From assembly GCF_009914755.1 (NCBI RefSeq), contig NC_060935.1: 64,000 nt of DNA, one strand, 5' to 3'. Position numbers and translations under genes: made by a program. How positions within the stretch are numbered: the first letter of the stretch is position 1; each line of letters opens with the position of its first letter. The stretch comes from the human T2T-CHM13v2.0 reference genome, Homo sapiens. This document shows, one piece after another, positions 55,621 through 64,000 of the stretch. Below the pieces are notes generated by a model. It saw only the letters and a program-made list of their open reading frames with translations, was not told the DNA's origin and searched no databases.

Positions 55621-55970
55621 CAATAACTATGTGCCAGGCAGTAGGTGTGGTGTATGTAATGACTATGTGCCAGGCAATAGGTGTGGTATACGTATTGACT
55701 AGGTGCCAGGCAATATTTATATGTAATAACTATGTGCTAGACAATACGTATATGTAATAATTATGTGCCAGGGAACAACTATGTGCCAGGCAATACATAT
55801 ATGTAATAACTATGGGCCAGGCAATATGTATATGTAACAACTATGTGCCAGGCAATATACATATGTAATAACTATGAGCCAGCAATACATACATGTAATA
55901 ACTATGTGCCAGGCAACAACTGTATGTCAGGTAGTATGCATATGAAATAACTGTGTGCCAGGCAATATGC
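55621..55970. repeat. ~31-bp minisatellite (TAATAACTATGTGCCAGGCAATATATATATG-like), about 12 degenerate units
   Basis: Repeated ctatgtgccaggca core. Confidence 0.9.
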
Positions 55971-56519
55971 TTGATGCTGGGGATACAAAAGCAGACAAAC
56001 TCTAAACTGAAAGTGCTCACAGTCAAGAAGTGAAAACAGACCTGGAAATCGAAGGAAAACAACTTGGTTTGATGTAAAAACAAGAAGAACAAAAAGTGGG
56101 GCAGCCCAGAGGAGGAAGGGAGAAATTGACTTTCTTAGATATAAATTCTTGTTTTTTAAAAAAACTCCTTTGAACCTGGTGCTCCATGGGTCATGTCTAC
56201 TTCACACTGTAGCCAGAGAGCTCTTTCCCAAATGAGAATTGGTGATCATGTTGCTCTTCTCCTTAAAAAGCTCCAGTGCTAATGTCCATCTCTTTGACTA
56301 GACTCTCAGTTTCAGGAAGGCAGAGACTGGGTTTGTTTTGCTTGCTGCTTAACACTTCACATTAATCATGAGTTCCATGCAAAGTAGGTACTTAAGTTTA
56401 TTTGTTGAATGAGTGAACTGGAGACACCAAAACATGATCATAAAGTTTCAAGAAGTTTTCTTCCTTCTCTTTCTACGTCAGTGTGTTCTGGTGGTTAGGG
56501 TTTGTAGGAGCTTCCCATG

Positions 56520-56780
56520 CAGAACAGTGTAGGGTTAAGAGCATGAACTTTGGACCCCATGAGATACAATTCCAAATCTTGACTTCCCCTTTTCCTGTCT
56601 GTATGACCTTGAACAAATGATTGAAACTCTCTTAACTTTAGTTTCCCCATCTACAAAACACGAGTAATAACAATAATGATATCTGCATGACAGGATAGCT
56701 ATGAGGATTATACATTTACAGGAGATGCCTGGCAGACTCCCCTAGGTGTATTAAGTGTTCAGCAAACGTGGACATTATTT
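56520..56780 (+). mobile_element. MIR (near full length)
   Basis: ggttaagagcatgaacttt...tatgaccttgaacaa...gtttccccatctacaaaa. Confidence 0.82.
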
Positions 56781-57879
56781 TTGAAATTCTCCCCTAAGCA
56801 AAAAATCAAATTCCCAAGCTTTTACCATTGCTCAAAACGCTGGGGGTTTTCCTTTGGGACAAGCTTCCAGGGTGCTCATTTCTGAGTCTCAGAAGAGCCT
56901 CCAGAGCGGGCAGAATCTGGAGGAACTCAAGGAGAATTCAGTGTCTCCCACTTGGCCACTCAGTATGTTCATCAGATTCGTCCCCAAAAGACTCAGGATT
57001 ATTTCCAAATTTCAATTGAAAAAGCTAAAGACTTTTCCCCATTGAGAAGTCCAGAACCAATGTTGTTTTGTGGACAACCTGGGGGTGGAGGACAGAAGGG
57101 AGTACTTTCAAGAAGGAAGCTCTCCTGATCACTGGTTAAAAGGGGCTGCCTCTTTAACTTAACCTTGTGTCCACCTTAGAAAAGCTAATTTTGTTTGTTT
57201 TGTCTGTTTGTTCTTATAGTACATTTCTGCAGGGGAAAAAAATAATGGCAACAAAGGGTGCTGGAAGGTTGGATAAGTGGAAAAGACTCAATCTTTTTGG
57301 TATTTGACATCTGATATTTGCATATTTCGTTTTAGGAGTCAGATTTAGATAAGTGGATATATACAAATCACCAAGGGACAGCACAAGGAATACCCACACT
57401 TACCCCAGTTTAAAACAGGGTCTCTGTCGAGGTCTCTAATGAGATTTCAATAGTCTGATTTTATAATTTTGAAGCAGTCTTGTAATTAGACATTGTCTGT
57501 ATGTGGGTGGCATGCTGGAAAGGAAGTGAGAAGGGAGCTGGGAGGCCCAGATTCTAGTTCTTTGTCTGCCTTCCTGTGGTGCTGTCTTTGGGTACATGAG
57601 TTCCTCTTTCTATACGTTAGTTGAATCATATTTGTAAATAATGACATCCTTGGTATCTTTTTCACTATGAAGGATCTACTTTTCACTGTTTTCCCCACAG
57701 GACCCAATTTTTTGTAAGACTTCGTCTACTGAACAAATAAGAATGGGAAGCCTATTAATAATGGGCTTGTGCAAGGGATACTAGAGGCAGGCAAAGTATC
57801 TAGGAGGCAAATTATCAAATTAGCCACTGGAGAGCAATTCTGTCCCAACAGCAGGGATATTCCTGATAATAATTTGAAT

Positions 57880-58135
57880 TGTATTAACTACAATCATTTA
57901 TTGGAAGCTTACTGTGTGCTAGACACTCTATATACATTATCTAACTTAACCCTTACCACAAAGAAGGAGGAAGGTGCCATTATTTCTGCATTTTACAGAT
58001 CAGGAAACTGAGAACAGGGGAGGTGCAGTAGCTTGTCTAAGGTCACATAGCTAGTAAAGGTCCGACGAGCTACTCAATTCAGGTCTGTGTGATTCCACAG
58101 CTCAAACCCTTAATCACTAGAGTCAACTGCCTCTC
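57880..58135 (-). mobile_element. MIR
   Basis: cattttacagatcaggaaactgag...aaggtcacatagctagtaa. Confidence 0.85.
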
Positions 58136-58452
58136 AATTCCAATAGAATAATGTCATCTGTTTAGGGCTTACATTAAAAAATCAGGAAATATGTATAAAA
58201 TTGCATAGAGCATCGTTGCCCTCAAGACTTCCCTAAAGCTATATAGCGTGGCAAGACGTTTACATTAAAAAATTGAGACCAAATAGAGAAAAAGCATCAT
58301 CAGGCCTGCTCTGGGGCACATCTCGTTGGCAGAAAGATAGGCAGAATTGCTGCCCTATTTCAAGTCTTTATATTACGTATCATTTTTCTTTTTCACTTTC
58401 TCCATTTTTTCCTCCTCCTTTCCTTTATTGAATGATTTTAGTTAAAATTACT

Positions 58453-58925
58453 TATATTAGTTTTGCATTGCTGCCATAACAAATTATCACCAATTTAATG
58501 GCTTCAAACAATAGCAATTTATTATCTTACAGTTTTGGAGGTCAAAAGTCTAAAAGAGGTCTCATTGGGCTAAAACAAGGTGTTGGCAGGGCTGTTCCAG
58601 GGGAGAGTCCATTTCCTTGTGTTTACCAGCTTGTAGGAGTTGCCTATATTCTGTAGCTCTGGGTCCCCTCCACCTTCAAGGGCAGCAAGTCGCCTGCTCA
58701 GACCTCTGTTTCCACTTCACATCTCCACTGACTCTCCTCTTTCACTTATTACACCTTTTGTGATTAAGTCAGGCCCACCTGGATAATCCCGGATAAAATG
58801 TCCCATCTCCATAGCCTCGATTGAATCACACTTGCAAAGTTGCTTTTGCCATAAAAGGCAACATATTCACAGGTATGGGTATTAGGACATAGACATCTTT
58901 GGGGGCCCTTTTCTGCCTACCACAC
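58453..58925 (-). mobile_element. MLT1 (D-like) solo LTR
   Basis: ttgctgccataacaaatt...ttattatcttacagttttggaggtca...gacatagacatctttggggg. Confidence 0.88.
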
Positions 58926-59089
58926 TGCTTAAGTTAAATGCATGCATACTGAGAGGCCATGGTATTAAAAATATGTTCCATGTAAAAGCTCCCAAGTGCT
59001 TCTACCCTTGTGTTCCCGGAGGGCAGAATCCCAGGACATTTAGTCATTGGATCCCTAGTACCCAACACAGTGTTTACAGTAGGTGCTCA

Positions 59090-59437
<348 letters not shown>

Positions 59438-62021
59438 CTAACACCTTTTTTCTCTTTTTTTATTTGATATGGACTTTCTTTTCTTTCAAGAAATTTCAAA
59501 ACTACAGTGAATAATATAACAAGTGCCTGTTGATGCACCATCCAACACTGACTATTTTTAACACTGTGGTTTATATACACCTTCTTTCTTTAGAAAATGA
59601 AATACTTCTTGTGAGATTATGTTAAAATTTTGCTGAATGAGCCATTTTTGACTCTGCTCTGCTCAGTTTTGGGTTGTTTTGTAACAGAGGTTAACAAAGG
59701 ACTCTTCATGTCTTTGTTTCTGCTAAAACATTTTGAGAAAGGGTGTCCAATACTCCCAGTTATCAAGTAAGGTATAAGACCAATAGGGCTGATTGGTCAG
59801 ACATACTGTTCACAGACCCCTGCCTTTAAAAGAATTGCAGTGGTCTAGGAAAATTTGGAGGGGATTCTTGAGGGAGCCATCAGTGAGCTTTGGGCTCCAG
59901 CTTTGCCCCCAGAGATAGGTGATGTCCTTCCCTCATTGTGCCTAGGGACAAGGCTTCCATGAGCCCACTCAGAGAACTCCATATGTCTCTGCGGTGCTTG
60001 GGCACACTTTACTCTGATGTTCAACTCACATCTGAGAAATCTAAAGGGCAAGAGATTGTGGCTGGCTACTGAGCAGACAGGAGCAAAGAGACAGTGCTGG
60101 ACCAAGGGGCCACCTGCCTTCTCAGAATTTCTCAGCACCAGGTATATGGGCTACCTGAGAAAGAGAGCAGGGTGGTCCCACGTACTGACAATGAGGGGCA
60201 CCACGAGGAGCTAGGGACAAGCAGAAGGAAGCAAAAGATGACACCTAGGGACTGAGAAAAGAGTCCTAAATGATCAGCCAGGGGAGGGGTCTTTGTCTGG
60301 CTTAAGAGAATCGTGGGTGACCCTTCCTAGCACTGAGGGCTCAGAAGCAGCCAAGAATGTGCCCTCTGAGAGGCTGGCCAGCCGGGATGTGCCTTCAGAG
60401 CCTGCAAGAGTACCAGTCAGGCAAGAACTGTGCTGCCCCTCCCTCTCCTCCCTTCAGCTGCAACCAGAACACCACCTTTCAAATGCAGAGGGCCACCAGG
60501 GAGCAGGCTCAAGCCAGGGGATGGAGAAGCTTTCACTTTAAATGGATTTGGACACTGTAACAATTACATGGGGCGCTTTATGCTGATTACTGAACTGAGC
60601 CTTTTTTGGTGGGGAAAGTGACTGGAGGACTTTTTGCTACCCGATGGAACTTGCCTTACATTTTATCCGAGGGGACAGGGTAGACCTAGCCATACAGAGC
60701 ACACTGAATAGAGTTGTTTTTGGATCACACCCCAGACATCCTGCTCAGACAATGTAATGATGATGATTGTGCATTTTGAGTCTCAGAACGGAGCCTTCCT
60801 TATCCCCAAGTTCTTACAGGTATCCAAACTTCCTCCCCCGTGTGTTCCCTCAGCATCCCCAGAAGTAATCTGGATTTTCTTGGTTTTCTTCCTTATAGTG
60901 TCTGCAGCTTAAGAACAGTTCCCCTCCAGTCTTTGGTCTTTGATCTCACTGCCTTTGCTTTCACTTTGTCTAAAGGGCCATCAAAGGTGTGAGCATCTGC
61001 AAGCTAACTGGGAGGGGCTTAGTCATGTAGGGAAATGACATCTCCTGGCTGGATACTGGTGACTTTGGGAATGCGCTCGTCATTCATGAGCTTTCAAAAC
61101 AGCAGTGTCTGGGAACTTGCCTGAAAGCTGTCCTCGTGGCCTTTTCAAATAAGCTGAAGATGAAAGGGCCTAAATACTTGAAGGAAAATAAAAGTGGGCT
61201 CACTCTCTTCTCCAGGGGCAAAGTCTCTCTCTCTCTGAGGCACAGTGGATGTGCCTTTGGTTGGAGAAGTCAGGGAATCTCAGTGAGTGAGGAACAAGAG
61301 GAAACTATTTGAGGTGCTGAGTCAGATTATTGAAATTAACAAGGCCTGAAGAGGTTATGACTAGATCAAGGTCACACGGCTGGTAAGAGCCACAGCCAGT
61401 ACTGAAATCCAGGTCTGCCTGGTGGCAAAGTCTGCAGCCTTGCCACTACAACCTGTTCCCTTCTGTCACAGGACTTGGAGGGAACTTCCAAAATAATCAC
61501 CCCAATCCTTTCTTTAAGTGAGCGAGGAAACAGAGCTCAGGAAGGATAAGTGCTTTTCCCAAGGCTGTACACAAAGTCATTGGCAAGGTCTAGAAACTAG
61601 GTCTGCCTGTTCTCAGGGTGGTGCTCCCCTTACTCCTGCGTGCCAGGATGAAGCCACATCTCTCCTCAGAGGAGGTGGGAGGAACAAGTGAATTTTAATG
61701 CTATGTGCTCCCCTACTCTATCCTCTCACATAATGTCAGTTTGGATTGTCTTATAGCTATAGACACCTACATGGGCACCCTGACTATAATCTCATCCTCC
61801 ACTGTGTAGTCAGATTGCTTTCTTTTTTTCCCTCCCTCCTTCTTTCTTTTCCTTCCTTTCTTTATATTTGCATTGGGTTTTATATTAAAAAATCACTCCA
61901 ATATAGGAGGCAGGATAGGATAGTGAAAAGAATGTGGATTTTGCAGTCAATGATAATACATAATAATAGTAACAGCCAACACATACCATATGGCAGGCAC
62001 TGTTCTAAGAGTTTTATATAC

Positions 62022-62397
62022 TGCGATAGACTGAATTGTGTCCCTGCAAAATTTATATGTTGAAGCCCTAATCCCTAATGTGATGACACTTGGAGATGGG
62101 TCCCCTGGGAGATAATTAGGGTTAGATGAGGTCATGAGGGTAGGCATTGATGATGAAATTAGTGGCTTTATAAGAAGAAGAAGAAAGAAAGAGGGCTTCC
62201 CCTCCGCCATGTGAGGCACAGTAAGAAGGTGGCCTTCTGCAAGCCAGGAAGAGGAACCTCACCAGTAATTGAATCTGCAAGCACCTTGATCTTGATCTTC
62301 CAGCTTTCAGAACTGTGAGATATAAACGTCTATTGTTTAAGCCACCCAGTCTATGGTATTTTGTTATGGTAGTCCAGGCTGACTGCTGACTAATACA
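62022..62397 (+). mobile_element. MLT1A-like solo LTR within a MIR
   Basis: tatatgttgaagccctaa...ttgtttaagccacccagtctatggtattttgttat...ctaataca. Confidence 0.9.
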
Positions 62398-63870
62398 CAT
62401 ATAGAAACTCATTTAGTCTTCTAACAACAGTATAAGGCAGGCACAGGTATTGTCTCCCTTCAACAGGTGAAGAAACTGAGGCTTAGAGAAGTGCTGTGCT
62501 AGGTACTTAGATGGCCACTGGGAATATGAAGATTAATGCTTTGGGTTCCAGGAAATAATCCAGTCCAGTGAGTTCAATTCAGCTTGGCCTTTAGGGCTGT
62601 ACCCTGGTGCCCCAAAACAGGACTATATCCATTGGCAGAACATGTTTTGCTTGCTTAACAATTGGCCTCAATCATGTAAAGCCATGCTTTAATGCCACTT
62701 TGGGAAACTCTACTTCTAGAAGTTTCCTCAATCATCAAGAAACATCTTTCCTGAGAAGGGACAGAAAGAGGCCTGACTTCCATTCTTTTGTGATCTTTGG
62801 CAAGTTACTTGACCTTTCTGAGTTTCAGTTTTCTCATTTGTGCAATGGGTATAATAACGACGATTTCATAAAATTAATGTGAGGATTTGATAAAATTGAG
62901 ATGTGAAAAATGCCAGCTATGCCACAAATACCTTAAAGAGATTCTGGCAGCCACCAAGGACCAGCCCTCTCCCCATGGAACCATGACTTAGCCAAGTGGG
63001 GGAGAGCAATCTAACCCTTGCTCCAAAATCTCTAGGTAAGCTACATTTCACAACTTCCCGGAGGAGGACCGTCTGTTGGCCCAGACCCAGCTCCCAGGCG
63101 CTTTCCCAACACTGCCTGCTGACTTTAACCTCATTTCCCATCCTGGAATAATTAAAAGAATTGTAAATGTGTTATGTATGGATTGACTTACATACATTCC
63201 TTATTCCTTAAAATCATTCCTTATTCCACAAAAAGAACTGAGGGGTCTCCATTTGCATGGCGAGGACCCTCTACTGAAGAGAATTCACATCACTGTATCC
63301 TTTAATTCTCACATCTTTATTTCACTTATACAGAGACTGGGGATCAGAGAGGTTGTGTGACTTGCCCAGGTCACTCAGTTAGAAAATGCCACAGCTGGAA
63401 ATTTGAAACTGGCTGATTGGGACACCAACTTGTTTTTTCTTCTAGTACTCCAGTCTTAAGGGAGCAACAAATCTTCAGTCTCAAAAATGAGGAGGATAAT
63501 ATAGTAGCCATCTCGCTACCTCTCCCACCAGCATGATCAATAGCATCGGCTGCTGATGAAGGACAGGCCAACAAAAACGCTAACAGAACGACCCTCACAT
63601 CCCCTGTTCGTGGGCTTCTTATGCTGCTCCTCAAAGGGAGGGAGTGCTATCAGCGGCCTGCTATGGAGAATACAGTCAGACCCTGTAAAACTTTCAAGCC
63701 TCTGTCACATGTCTCAGAAACATTAGGTCCTTGGCATGCCTGGGTCACCAAGCTTAACTGTTGCATCATCTAATTTTATAGTTTCTTAATTTATGTTTTA
63801 TATAATTTTTCCTCATGATTCCAAGATAAGGTGGATTTTTGACGTGCTTTTAAGATATCTATGTAAAAGC

Positions 63871-64000
63871 TTTTTTTTTTTTAAAAAAAAACTTTTTGGT
63901 TCAGGGGTACATGTGCAGGCTTGTTATGTAGGTAAACTATGTCACAGTGGTTTGGTGTATAGATTATTTTGTTACCCAGGTAGTAAGCATATTATCCCAT
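63871..64000 (-). mobile_element. L1PA15/16-like 3' end (runs off the window)
   Basis: ggttcaggggtacatgtgcaggcttgtta. Confidence 0.88.

Noticed and set aside
55621-55970. CRISPR-like repeat-spacer appearance
   Set aside because: Eukaryotic DNA, spacers similar to one another, no cas genes; an L2-derived minisatellite.

Overview
Human (primate) genomic DNA; a near-consensus AluYb8 points to human. No protein-coding exon is supportable. The main feature is a ~3.85 kb CpG island (~11555-15400) carrying a minus-strand promoter and a non-coding first exon (~15270 to 14750, donor ACG|GTAAGG). Bases 1-14749 would be the start of a large first intron and 15.3-64 kb upstream intergenic DNA. From recalled locus architecture, not verified here, the best guess is TENM4 (ODZ4/DOC4). 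The rest is dense in MIR, L2, old L1/HAL1, Alu, MaLR/ERV1 solo LTRs and hAT MITEs; subfamily names come from recalled consensus sequences. I see no new multi-gene system. The most unusual signals are two neighbouring retrotransposition products inside one old L1: (i) a tiny young L1PA insertion whose tail carries ~20 bp resembling alpha satellite, suggesting a 3' transduction from a (peri)centromeric source L1, and (ii) a 509-bp polyadenylated, TSD-flanked 'orphan' insert made of L2, MER20 and unique DNA. Also notable are an exon-1 uORF open across the donor, a CHOP:C/EBP-like motif, a templated-insertion scar and an L2-derived minisatellite.
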